Positions 22,575 through 59,992 of a stretch of DNA of 64,000 nucleotides are shown here, one piece after another. Position 1 is the first letter of the stretch; every line of letters begins with the position of its first letter. Origin of the DNA: the human T2T-CHM13v2.0 reference genome, Homo sapiens; NCBI RefSeq assembly GCF_009914755.1, contig NC_060946.1; one strand, 5' to 3'. The notes beneath the pieces were generated by a model that saw only the letters and a list, made by a program, of their open reading frames with translations, was not told the DNA's origin and made no database searches. Made by a program: the position numbers and the translations under genes.

Positions 22575-22626
22575 TCATGCCTGTAATTCCACCACTATGG
22601 GAGGCTGAGACGGGCAGATCACTTGA

Positions 22627-23233
<607 letters not shown>

Positions 23234-23889
23234 TGATCCACCCTCTTCGGCCTTCCAAAGTGCTGGGATTACAGGTGTGAGCCATAGCACCCGGCCGGCA
23301 GATCTACTCTTAAGTGTCATTTATCAGATTCGAAGAAGTGTTTTGGTTTAATAAAGCATTATGCTCCTTGAAACAAGTTTGAGAACCCCTGGGTTAGAGG
23401 ACCTCTTGCCCATTGTGTGCTCACACACACACGACACACACATACCCCATCCCAGTACGTAATGACTTCCCTGACCCGGAGAGAAGGCAATATGTCCCCC
23501 TTACGTCTCAGTTGGCTCCACATTGCCAGCTCTGTATTCCACTTTCCCTCTCTCTACAACCCCAGTCTATGACTTTTGGGCCATGGAGTCTGGGTTCCTG
23601 GGCAACCTGGTTCACATCCTTCTCCTGCCGGCATGGCCTGGCTCCATTTCTGTTCGGCTACCAAAGCCCCAAGCTTTGTGGAGCCTGCCTGGCCTTGAGG
23701 AGGGGAATGGGCTCCATCCTGAGAGCCTGCAGGAGGGTTTAAGCTTCCCATCCCCCATTGCTACAGTAGCTCCCCCAGCTTTTCATTCCATATCCTTTAT
23801 TTTTATTTATTAAAAACTTAATTTTTGGCCGGGCGCAGTGGCTTACGCCTGTAATCCCAGCACTTTGGGAGGCCGAGGCAGGCGGATCA

Positions 23890-24440
<551 letters not shown>

Positions 24441-26446
24441 TGAGAATGAGCTGCAGACTGGGAGGCAGGTGTCCCAGCATGGGCTCACCAAGCTCCTACC
24501 CTCTCCCGGTCCAGCTTTCTCACCTATGAAATAAAAGTGAAGCTGGACATGGTGGCCCACGCCTCTAATCTCAGCAGTTTGGGAGGCCAAGGTGGGTGGA
24601 TCACTTGAGATCAGGAGATTGAGACCAGCCTGGCTAACATGGTGAAACCCCATCTCTACTAAAAAACACAAAAATTAGCCGGACGTGGTGGCAGGTGCCT
24701 GTAATCCCAGCTACTCGGGAGGCTGAGGCAGGAGAATTGCTTTAACCTAGGAAGTGGAGGTTACAGTGAGCTGAGGTTGTGCCACTGCACTCCAGCCTGG
24801 GTGACAGAGCAAGACTCTGTCTCAAAATAAATAAATAAATAAATAAACAAACAAACAATAAATGAAAGTGATGGATTACATGAATGGTTTTCAAACTGGG
24901 TTCCTCAGGGCTCAGTTTGGGGGAGAATGCAAAGGTTAAATACAAATAACAATGGAATGTAGTAACATTGGCGCTTGGGCGAGTGCTCTGGGTGAGGAAT
25001 GTGGTGCTCATGGGGAGAAGAGCCGCATCAGAGCAGGCTTCCTGCATGAGGCAAGGAGGAAACACAAGAGCTGAGAGCTGAAGGAGAGGGAGTGAGGGCT
25101 GCCAGAGGAGCTGGGAGGCGATTTCAGGCAGTGGGAACTGGAGCTGCAAACCCCCAGCCTCCTGCAGTCTGGCTATCTGTACCAGCCCTCACCCATGCCC
25201 ACCACCCTCAGGGCACTCACATCCCTTCTTGCACTGATATTTTCCCGTCCTATCATGACCCTCGTTTGAGGGTGCAGGGAGGACTGGAGCTCAGAGAGGG
25301 AGGGTCACCTGGCCAGACCCTAACCCGCTGAGTTCCAGTGGAGTTCCTTTCATCCCCCAGCACTGGATGGGGCTGGATACCTGGAGAGGGACCGTGCTGC
25401 TCTTCCTGGGCCCTGCAGCCTGCCTGGCTGGTCCACATCTTCCTGGGCCAGGAGGGTAGTATGGTGCGAGCTTCTAGCTCTCTGGCTGGGGCCCCCTGGC
25501 CTACTGGGCTGGCTTCCTGCCCTGGTGGCCCTGGCCCAGCTCCCCAGCTCATGTGCCTCTGCAGCGAGTGGTCAGCCCCTTCCCATCTGCACTTTACAAG
25601 CCTCATCGCTGAATCCTCCCCATAGCCAGAGAGCCTGGCACTCTCCTCTCCAGAGAAGGAAACTGTCCAGGGTCACACAGGGACTTATGGGCAGGTCTGT
25701 GTGACCTGAGTCTGGGCTCTGAACTGGTGCTTGCAGGGTCTTGCCCTCTGGCTCTGGCAGCCTGAGTGTTACTGTAATCCCTGAGCCTTTGAACAAGCAG
25801 GCACTGCTTCCTGAGATCCCCATTGCTGCTATCAGCGTCTCTGTTTCCCAGCTCCACACTGCTGCCAGGACAGACGTATCTTCTGTCTTGTAGCATCTCC
25901 ATTTCTCTTCCCTTTAGATCTATTTTTTTTTTTTTTTTTTTTTGAGATGGAGTCTCGTTCTATCATCCAGGCTGGAGTGCAGTGGCGCAATCTTGGCTCA
26001 CTGTAACTTCTGTCTCCTGGATTCAAGCGATTCTTCTGCCTCAGCCTCCCAAGTAGCTGGGATTACAGGCGCATGCCACCACGCCTGGCTAGTTTTTGTA
26101 TTTTTAGCAGAGACGAGGTTTCACCACGTTGGCCAGGCTGGTCTCAAACTCCTGACCTCAGGTGATCTGCCCACCTCAGCCTCCCAAAGTGCTGAGATTA
26201 CAGGCATGAGCCACCGCTCCCGGGCTGGATCTATTTCAATCACCCTCCTTCCTCTGCAGCCTGAAACTTGAGGCTTTGCCCACTTCCCAAAGGCACGAGT
26301 AGCAATGACCATTTGTTCTGTCATTTGGCCATAGCTCTAGGTCAGAGGACAGTCCTTCATCAAATGTTTGTTAAGCATGCAATCTAGCCAGGGGATGACA
26401 AGGGCCAAGTAATGTGTTAATTTCTTCATTCACTAAGCACAGAGAA

Positions 26447-26545
26447 TGGAGTAGAAGGAAGGTGGAAAGGAGAAGGAAGGAAAAGAGAGAAGAAGGAGGA
26501 TAGAAAGGAAGGAAGGTGGGAGGGAGAAAGGAAAGAAAGAGGGAG
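26447..26545 (+). repeat. Purine-rich (GA-rich) low-complexity tract
   Basis: Almost exclusively G/A. Confidence 0.8.
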
Positions 26546-27796
26546 TCCTTTAGGTTATCTAAGCCCCCTCAGGACTTGGTCTGGCCCTCACAGTCCAAGA
26601 ACAGACTTGGGCTTGAGCCTCTGACCAGCCAGATGACTGAGAAGCTGAGGAACAGCTTGAGCCTCAGTTTTTTCCTCTGTAAATGGGGTTGATAGCAGTT
26701 CTGACCCAGAGGGCTTTTGGGGGAGTCACAGAGATGCTGGGTGCTGCCTTTGCACTCAAAAGGGTCCAGGCTAGGTGTGGTGGCTAACACCTGTAATCCC
26801 AGTACTTTGGGAGGCTGAGGTGGGAGAATCTCTTGAGTCCATGAGTTACAGACCAGCCTGGGTAATATAGAGACAAACTGTCTCTATAAATTTTCTTTTC
26901 CCAAAAATTAGCCAGGCATGGAGGTGTGCACCTGTAGTTCTAGCTGCTTGAGAGTCTGAAGTGGGAGGATAACTTGAGTACAGGAGGTTGAGGCTGCACT
27001 GAGCCATGATCACACCACTATACTCCAGCCTGGGTGACAGAGCCAGACCCTATCTCAAAAAAAAAAGGGGGTCCAGCATGCATCTTCCTGTCAGCTTACC
27101 TAAGGGAGCATGATAAATTGAGTCCCTGCCACGATGGACATGGGGAGTGTAGTGGGAGGGAATGGCAAAGGCACCACAGGCAGAGGGAACAGCCTGGGCA
27201 CAGTGGGGGGTGTGATGTGGCACAGCACTGATTGTGGGAAGCGAGGGATGTGGGAGATGAGGCTTCAGGTAGTCAGAGGGAGGTTGAGGCAAAGCCTCAC
27301 CTGCATGCTCTAGATGAGGTCCAATTCCTGGTACCCAGCTTCCTAGCCCAGTGATGGGCCACTTCTCCCAGGGCCACAGTTTTCTCTCCTATCAAATAGA
27401 ACATGTTAGTACTGCTCTATGGTGCCAATGAAGGGTATAAGTGTCCAGTGCCCATTTCCTGCCCCAGCAGAGGCACTTTCTTTTCCTTGTCCTCTTGCCT
27501 ACTGGGGAACTCCTTCCATCCCTGGTTCCTCCCCCAGCTTCTGCGAGGCCCCTCCTCTGAGCCCCCACACCTCATCAAACCCTCAACACCGTCTGGTGTT
27601 TTCCTTGGTGCCTCTTCAAGATGCTGTGAGCTCCTTGGGGGCAGGTGGTGCCTGTGTACCTCTTTTTTTTTTCTTTTTTTTTTTTTTGAGACGGAGTCTC
27701 GCTCTGTCACCCAGGCTGGAATGCAGTGGCGTGATCTCGGCTCACTGCAAGCTCCACCTCCCGGGTTCATGCCATTCTCCTGCCTCAGTCTCCTGA

Positions 27797-28051
<255 letters not shown>

Positions 28052-28499
28052 TAGCCAGGATGGTCTCGATCTCCTGACCTCATGATCTGCCTGCCTCGGC
28101 CTCCCAAAGTGCTAGGATTACAGGCGTGAGCCACCACGCCTGGGCTTTTTTTTTTTTTTTTTTTTGTATTTTTAGTAGAGATGGGCTTTCCCCGTGTTCT
28201 CAATCTCCTGACCTCGTGATCCACCTGCCTCGGCCTCCCAAGGTGCTGGGATTACAGGCGTGAGCCACCGCGCCTGGCCCTGTGTATCTGTTTTTCTGGA
28301 CCTGGGCCCAAGGCCTAATAGGTGAGTGCCCAGGACTCCATGCTGACTGGAGGAAGGAATAGCATGTGGTCAATGTGAGCAGAAGGGCCTGGTAGTCCAG
28401 GAGAAGGAAGAAGCCACTTCTTTTCAAAAAATTTATTGCCAGGCATGGCGGCTCACGCCTGTAATCCCAGCACTTTGGGAGGCCGAAATGGGCGGATCA

Positions 28500-28736
<237 letters not shown>

Positions 28737-28890
28737 TTATTACTGGCCGGGTGTGGTGGCTCACGCCTATAATCCCAGCACTTTGGGAGGCCAAGTCGGG
28801 CAGATCACGAGCTCAGGAGATCGAGAGCATCCTGCCTAACACAGTGAAACCCCATCTCTACTGAAAATACCAAAAAAAAAAAAAAAATTA

Positions 28891-29330
<440 letters not shown>

Positions 29331-29442
29331 TGAGCCACTGCACCTGGACTATTTATTTTTGTAGATATGGTAGTCTTTCTATGTTGCCCAGGCCGGTCTT
29401 GAACTCCGGGCCTCAAGTAATTCTCCCGCTTCAGCCTCCTAA

Positions 29443-29691
<249 letters not shown>

Positions 29692-30490
29692 TGAGACGGG
29701 GTCTCCCTATGTTGCCCAGGATGGTCTCAAACTCTTTGGCTCAAGCAATCCTCCTGCCTTGGCCTCCCCAAGTGCTAGGATTACAGGCATGAGTCACCAC
29801 AAGGTTACTTCTGATGGGAGGCTTGGGCAGATGGCACAGAAAGGATAGGTCTGTATGAACAAGGTTTGGCTGAGTGGAGGGGATCGGGTATGACTAGAAG
29901 CCAGGCCTGCTAGAGGGAGCAATGAAGGTTTTAGAGCAGGAGAGGGACCCCAAAGGCCAGGCAGCCCTTCCACTGGGACTGGGTACATTTCCTGAGTGCT
30001 TGTTTAGTAAAAGCACTTTGTAGCTCAGCGGCTTGACTCCCCACCTGCAAAGTGCAAGGGAGTCATCTTGCAGGCAGCGGTGAGGATGTAAGAAGATGCC
30101 ATGGCAAAGGCTAGTCCTTGACATTGAGCCTCTGATGATCCCACTCTGTATTCTCAGCTTAGCACATCCGGGTCAAAGGTATGAACTGTGCTTCCTCAAC
30201 TGGCTTGGAATTTCTCAGCGTAAGCGTCCCCTTCCTCCGTAATTCTCCACAGAGGAAAGCAGTTCCCAATACAGCTATGTTTTTTATTTGTCCTGGGCCC
30301 AGTAAGGGCAGGTTCTGTGCTCACAGTAGACCCCAGAGTCAGTCCCAGACTTCTAAGTCCCACCATGACCCTAGAGATCTGATGGGGTCCCTCATGCATA
30401 CGCTGAATGTGTATTGAACACTCAGTGTACTGGCCTTGGGGGAGGTAAAAGGCAGGCAGAATCGCTGATCACATGAGGCTTGTCATCTAG

Positions 30491-30772
<282 letters not shown>

Positions 30773-31228
30773 TAGCCAGGATGGTCTCAATCTCCTGACC
30801 TCGTGATCCACCCACCTCGGCTTCCCAAAGTGCTGGGATTACAGGTGTGAACCACCACACCCGGCCCCAGGATATATTATTTCCAGTTCCCTTTCCTTCT
30901 CTCCTTTCAGGAGAAACCCACTGTTCTTAGAAATGGAGAAAAATGTCCAGGCCCAGTGACTCACACCTATAATCCCAGCACTTTGGGAGGCCAAGGTGGG
31001 TGGATCACTTGAGGTCAGGAGTTCAAGACCATCCTGGCCAAAAATGCTAAAACCCTGTCTCTACTAAAAATACAAAAATTAGCTGGGCATGGTGGCAGGT
31101 GCCTGTAATCTATGCTACTCAGGAGGCTGAGGCAGGAGAATCACTTGAACCCGGGAGGCAGAGGTTACAGTGAGCTGAGATCATGCCATTTTGCACTCCA
31201 CCCTGGGTGACAGAGTGAAACTGTGTCT

Positions 31229-31268
<40 letters not shown>

Positions 31269-31359
31269 CTCCTTAAGAAGGTCTGAGTATATTCTGAAGC
31301 TATGTTCTTCTCTCTGCATTGCTACCTGAGGTCCAAACCACTGTCACCTCTTTGCCTGA

Positions 31360-31761
<402 letters not shown>

Positions 31762-32502
31762 TAAAACATGCGTCTCAGCCCAGGTGTGGTGGCTCATGCC
31801 TGTAATCCCACCACTTTGGGAGGTTGCGGCGGGAGGACTGCTTGAGCTCAGGAGTTTGAGACCAGCCTGGGCAAGACAGTGAGACTTCATTTCTACAAAA
31901 AATAAAAAAAAACTTAGGAGGGTGTGGTGGAACGTGCCTGTAGTCCCAGTTAATTGGGAGGCGAAGCAGGAGGATCCCTTGAGCCTAGGAGGTCGAGGCG
32001 GCAGTGAGCTGTTATCGTGCCACTGTACTCCAGCCTGGGTGACAGATCAAGACTCTGTCTCAAAAAAAAAAAAAATCATCTGACCATGGAGTCAATACTC
32101 ATATCTATCAAAGACCTCTCACAGCACATGGAATAGAAACCAACTCCTCCCCTTTCTACAAGACCCTCCATGGTCTGTCCCCTGCCTCCCTCCCACCCTA
32201 TAATCCTTTTACTCCATTCTGGACACTGAGACAGCCTCATGGTCTTCGCCAGTGCTGCTTCCTCTGCTTGAAACATTCTCCTCCAGTCCTCCCAGCTGTT
32301 CCTTCCCATTTTCCAGGTCCCAGCATTGGCTTTGGAGCCAGCAGCCCACCTGTGACAGGAGCCTGGCTCTGCTCCTAGCTGGCCGTGTGACCTTGGGCAA
32401 GTCACTGGCTTCTTCTGTGCTTCTGTTTATTGTGAAATGAGGATGTTAATGCTAACGTATCCCAGAGGATGGTTTCAAGGGTTAAAGAAAATAAAGCACT
32501 AG

Positions 32503-32767
<265 letters not shown>

Positions 32768-33019
32768 TAGCAGAGATTACAGGCGCCCGCCACCACGCCT
32801 GGCTAATTTTTTGTATTTTTAGTAGAGACCGAGTTTCACCACGTTGGCCAGGCTGGTCTCGAACTCGTGACCGCGTGATCCACCCGCCTCGGTCTCCCAA
32901 AGTGCTGGGATTACAGGCGTGAGCCCCCGCGCCTGGTCAACTATTTTATGCAATCAGTATTTATTATGCTCCTACTATGTGCCAGGCACTGGTTGTAACT
33001 GCCATCTGATTGGACGATC

Positions 33020-33910
33020 CGTAAACGCTGAGGCCCAGTCTGTGCGGTTCACTTGCGTTCCTCCACGCGCCCCCCAGCACAGTGGGAAGCACACAGTAGG
33101 TGCTCCGCTCTGCTCCTGTGCCCCGCCCCGCGGCCCCTCCCCCGCTCCAGGAAGTGCGGGGGCTCCAGCCGCCCGGCCGGCCGCGATGCATTCTGGGGAA
33201 GGAGCAGCACCAAATCCAAGATGGCGGCCAGCAGGAGGCTGATGAAGGTAAAAGCCATTCTCTGGCAGCGGCCGGGCGTGGGGCGGCGTCCTAGGCTCCG
33301 GATCCCCGAGGCAGGCGGCGGCTTCTCAGGGCGCTGCCGTCTGGCTTCCTGCCCTACACGGCCTCGTCGGTTCCCTGGGCCGCGCGCAGGCTCAAGGTGC
33401 TAACGGGGCTGGCCTAGGCCGCAGCCTGGGCGGGAGCGCAAGGCCGCGCTGGGAGCCGCTGTCGGCCCCTCAGCCCGGCCCGGGGCGTTCACGCCACTCT
33501 CCGCCCGGAGCTTGGCCGCGTCCCCCTGTCGCGGAGGCCGCGGTCCGATCTGAGGGCGTCGTTAATGTGAGAGCCCGGTTGGGAGGCTCCAAACCGGGCG
33601 CCTTCGGGGAAGGCCCGAGCGCCGGAGCCCCTGCCCGGAGCCCGCGCCGCGGAACCGCCCCGCCCTGGGCCGCAGCGCGCCGGGCTTGCAGCTCCGCTTG
33701 GCCCGGCCGCAGCTCGGGAGTCTGGGAGGTTCGGGCTAGGAAAGAGAGAAGGAGGCCAGGCGGCCAAAGTTAGGTCAGTTTGTTGGTGGGTCGTTTGGAA
33801 TTGCGCTGGGTCCTAGCAAACTGTCGCCTTGTGACTGCAGAGTCACACAGCGGGTAAGTTCCAACTCCAGGAAGGCCTGAGGTCGGCCCCGATCGCGGCG
33901 CGGTTCTGCT
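33020..33910 (+). promoter_or_regulatory. UBE2L3 CpG-island promoter with GC box, ETS site and YY1/TISU element
   Basis: Dense CpG; CCCCGCCCC at 33121-33129; CAGGAAGTG at 33148-33156; CAAGATGGCGGC at 33217-33228. Confidence 0.9.
33221..33247 (+). CDS. UBE2L3: UBE2L3 (UbcH7) canonical coding exon 1, MAASRRLMK
   Basis: ATGGCGGCCAGCAGGAGGCTGATGAAG followed by donor GTAAAG, inside a CpG island; known UbcH7 N-terminus. Confidence 0.97.
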
Positions 33911-34588
33911 TCCCTCTCCTCCACTCAGTCATCCCGATCTCCCCTCCCTGATAAAGTGCCATTTTTGGGGGGATAACGGTTGATTTCAGTCGTTCGAATC
34001 AAAACGGGCCAAAGTTTATAATAATAATTTGGTACTTTGGATCTTGAATGCAGCAGGGTGCTTTCTCGCTAATTGGCACCTTTTGGTGAGGAACACATGC
34101 TAAATTGGCTTAGTACTTTTGCCAGTGGATTTGCCAAGGTCCTCTGTAGCCCACCCCGCCAGCATCTGTGAGTCGGCGGCTGGGTAGTGCTGCCGGCCTG
34201 CAACGGGCCGGAAATTAAAAAAAGGCCCAGGAGCCAGTTTCCTGAGGGGAGATAAAGAGCTGGGGTTCGTTCTAGGCGGAGCAGTGCTTGGTAGAGCTAG
34301 ACATTGAACTTGGAGCCACAGTCTCTGAGCATTCCCTCCGTCCCTGGGAACGTTTCCTTTCTTTTGTTCCCTAAGGGCTAGAGAGGACATTAACTTTATA
34401 AAACTGGAGTGGAAGTGGGCACAAAAGAACAGTCAGAGGACTTCAGACCTCTCCTCATCTCTTAAGCTAGTGACACCACCATTCACCAGATAAGGGGTCG
34501 GTTAATGGCTTTCTTTCCTACCCTACTCCCAGGTGCAGTCGTCCATTAACCCTTGTGGATTTAAATTTAGAAAGATTTCTGGAGTGCA

Positions 34589-56039
<21,451 letters not shown>

Positions 56040-58341
56040 TGATTTTAAAATTTGTTTTGTCCCATAAATGTTAGATATCTTCACTGTTGTTTCTTCTTTT
56101 TTTAGTTGTCTAGTTTCAAAGTTCTGTGTGGCATATTTTTTTCCTATCTGTATTTGGTTTAAAACATTTTGTTTGCTAGGACTCCAGCCTTAAGGGACGT
56201 GCATGGTATACCCTGTCCTTAGCCAAGAATCTTACTCTAGTATCTTGAGCCAAGGTCAAAAAAGCCAAACACAGCATTGGAACTGTATTTATAGAAAATC
56301 CTTCCCACCCCAGATTCCTTTTTCCTCCCAAAGCCCCAGCTTCCCATCCACCCACCAACCTGGTCATTAAGCACATGTTTGAGCACCACTGTGAGCCAGG
56401 CGCTGGCAGGACCAGGGCTTCCTGATCCCTGCCCTTGTTGAGCTTACATTCTATTTGGAGAGTGGAAGGAGGTGGCAGTGTGGGTGTGAGATCTCTTCCC
56501 CTTTCTGAGTCTGCCCAGGCTTCATAATCCCCAGGGGAGCATTTCTTATGAGTCTTGTGAGCAGGAGGACCAGGTGGCAGTTGGCAGGTTGGAGTGGTCC
56601 CTCAGGTTCCGTACCTCCTTATGCAGGGAAAGAGGGGCCTCATGCAGGTGGAGAGGGGCCAGGCCACCCCATTCCTCACTGCAGGAGGTTGCAGCCCATG
56701 CCGCTAACGCCTCCTCAGGGAGAAATGGATCCATCATCGCTCCCAGCAGTGCCTCTTCTCTCACCACAGCTATAGCCTGTGAGAAATCCCTATGTTCAGG
56801 CTCCACCCACACTTGCTGGACCAGAATTTCTGGGGCTGGGCCCAAGTCCAGGTGATTGTGGTGGGCAGATGAGGGTGACAGGCAGGAGCACCCTGTGGGG
56901 GGAAACTTGTGCCTGTTGCCTGCTATGAAGCACCAGTGTGTTCCACCTCTTCCGTGTATTCATTCACTGCACTCTCCCTCTCTGCTGCTCTGGGCCGGGC
57001 GCCCAGCACATCTTCCTACTCAGAACCAGTAACCTGGGCTCCGGTTCCCCCTTCCTTGCCAATTGTTTCCTTCCCTGCCTGTGTAGCCTCAGGGTGCCTT
57101 TTAAACTACCACTGTGTGATGGAAGTATGAGGTGCAAGGATCTTTTGGGCTTGATGTGGGGGCTGATAGGGAGCCCCCAAGCCACTGTGAGTTGAAGTAC
57201 CACGTAAGGAGGTTCTGGAGGGTGCTGGAGCTGGGCCAGAGGAAGCAGCCTGGCGAAGGAGGCAGGGCTCAGCTGGATGGTGCTCGGGCTGCAGAAGAGA
57301 AGGTGCCTGACAGGTGTGGAGGCGGCTTTTGTGCCACTGGATGGGAGGCCGGGCTGAGGCGGGTAGAGTGGCACTTCATGTGTCAGAGTGGAGGAATGTT
57401 GGCGAGGCTGGTGTTCTGGCAGGAGGGCATTGCTGGGTGGTTTGGGTTATAGCGCCTGCCAGGCATTCACTGAGATGTTGGAGGCAATGGGAAATGTCAG
57501 GCTGGTGCACAGTTGAAAAACAGGTGACAGACAGTTCTGAAGACATCTCAGGCAGGACCCTGAAGTCGTAAAGTTGTGCTTTCTGGGTGAAATGGCACTT
57601 GCTGCATTGACTGTTTATACAACAATAACCCCACATATTTGCAAGGGGTCCTGTTGCCCACAACATGGCTTCCCTTTCCTTTTCTGCACTCTGGGTCTGT
57701 TTTGCAGCTGAGGAAACAGGCTCAGTGAAGGTTTCCCGTCCCCACCCCCCCACTCCCACCCCAGTCCCAGACTGGATGGTTCTCTTTGCTGTGTGCCCAT
57801 GTTGAGGTGGAGTCCTTCTGAAATCACACTTATAGCACTGGGTAGAAAACTGGATATGCGTTTGTGTCTGGTTTGTTCCCAGTCCCCAGTTTTATTCATC
57901 TTTAGCTTCTCAGCATCCGGTGCATAATCAGTGCTTAATGAATCTTGATTGGAAGGTATCAGGTGTAGAGCACCTCAGGATAGCTCCTGCCACATGTCTG
58001 CCCTATGCAGGGTGCTGAGGGATTTAAACAGCCATGGTGACCAACCCAAAGAGGAGGTGGTACGTCTGCAGAAGCATGGTTCCCCCTGTCCTATTCAGGG
58101 GGGTTCACTGAGGTGGGGGCTTGTCTTGGTCTGGGGCATGGGGAGAGGCAACAACCTTGCAGAGGGGACCGCCATGGCAGCTCCATGCCTCCTTAACCAC
58201 TCCAAGCACAGTTTAGTCCTCACTGTCCAATTTTGTCATTAGCATTTTTGGCACTTGGTTTAATTTGAGGGCATCAGGAGGGATCTTAATATGTGGTGCT
58301 TTCCCCTATTTGACACCCCTTTATGCTTTGTCAATCAACAG

Positions 58342-58437
58342 GAGCTTGAAGAAATCCGCAAATGTGGGATGAAAAACTTCCGTAACATCCAGGTTGATGA
58401 AGCTAATTTATTGACTTGGCAAGGGCTTATTGTTCCT
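58342..58437 (+). CDS. UBE2L3: UBE2L3 exon 2 (96 nt), ELEEIRKCGMKNFRNIQVDEANLLTWQGLIVP
   Basis: Acceptor ...tcaacag| and donor |gtgagt; phase 0/0; UbcH7 residues 10-41. Later exons lie beyond the window. Confidence 0.97.
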
Positions 58438-59726
58438 GTGAGTATTGAACACTTCCACTTCCTACCAGATTATTCTTTAAGGTGATGTGTGTGCTGTTGG
58501 GCTTGTTTTTCTGCTCCTTAGTAGGCTCTTAGTCTAGGCAGCCAGCAGATGCACAGAAGTGGCTGTCGCTCTAGGGTGATAAGGTAGGGAGTGTAGCCTT
58601 GGGTCCTGAGTAGAGTCACATCTTGGCACTCGTTTTGTCAAATTCAGGGAGTCCTGAGCTTTGCAGATCTGTAGACACAGAGAAAAGGAGTGTGTCTGTG
58701 CTCCTGCTCTTTCCTGACTTCCCTGCGCCTGGCCTGATGGATCAGCAGGACCTTCTTCTCTGAGCTCCTCAGGAGGGGACAAGCATTCCCCTCTAGATAT
58801 TTTGCTTTCTCTCTTGGTTTTGCATTCATGTCTCTAACCCTTTGGATACCTGTATTTCGGGCTTTATTCCTGGTCCCCTCCAACCTGTGCCTTCCATTTG
58901 TCTCAAGTCCCTTTTCCTAATTGCCCACATGTTCCCCTCACCCCATGTCTTTTCTGGGGCTTATGCCTCCAGTGTCTGCCCCCACAGCCCAGCTCCCCCA
59001 TCTCACAGTCTTCTGCCTTCTGATGGGCTCAAGGCCCTCCTAACGATGGCTTTCCTTAGCACCCTCTTAGTGCCTACTCTTTTCTGCATCCTTTGATCCC
59101 CTCCCCTTCAAGAGGCTTGTCTTATAATTAACTCCAGTTTGCAATCCCCCTTCCTCTCACTCTCCTGAAACCACGTCACACCCAGCCCACAGGCTGCCCC
59201 CACTGTTGTCACACCTCTAGCTCGGCAGTGCTGGCATCATGGCCCTTGCTTGCCTCCTGAGCTTTTGGAGCACGGGCAGCATTCCAGCCCCCAGTCCTGT
59301 GACCAGCCTGCCACTCGCTCCTGTTCTGCCACTCCTTCCTCCTCACTCTTAAACATGACTCTTGTTGGTCTCCTGCTGTTCTCCTGTTCTGTTTTGTCTC
59401 GGGACCCTACTACTTTCGGCATCATAGATGATTATGCCAGACATGAAGGATTCCCACACCTGTCTCCATTCCTGCCTTCTCCCCGGAAGCTGCACCATCT
59501 GTCCACCAGGCGGCCTCACTTGGTCATTGTGTAGCCTTCAGCTACCTCAGCTCACACCCTTGTCCTGCGTGAGTGCCCTCCTTTCCTGTTCTTCCTCATC
59601 CACTCACCTTCTCTGTTCCTTTTCATTCCCACTTTGCACATCTGAGCCTCTGGCCCTTGCCCTGTGCCTGCCGCTGTCCTGTATATAATTTGTTCTCATG
59701 GATGGATTGGCTGCTTTGCCAAAGCA

Positions 59727-59992
59727 GAGCATGGAGCATGCTTCCTCCTGTAGATGCTTCTTCCTGATGCTGGTTATAAGGTCATGAGCATGGAGCATGC
59801 TTCCTCCTGTAGATGCTTCCTCCTGTAGATGATTTCTCCCTGTAGATGCTTTCTTCCTGATGCTGGTTATAAGGTGAGCATGGAGCATGCTTCCTCCTGT
59901 AGATGCTTTCTTCTTGATGCTGGTTATAAGGTGAGCATGGAGCATGCTCCCTCCTGTAGATGCTTTCTTCTTGATGCTGGTTATAAGGTCAT
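59727..59992 (+). repeat. ~57-bp minisatellite (4 copies, one internally expanded) in UBE2L3 intron 2
   Basis: Unit GAGCATGGAGCATGCTTCCTCCTGTAGATGCTT(T)CTTC(C/T)TGATGCTGGTTATAAGGT(CAT). Confidence 0.95.

Noticed and set aside
59727-59992. CRISPR-like array
   Set aside because: Head-to-tail tandem units without unique spacers, in a human intron with no cas genes. The same applies to 17325-17522.
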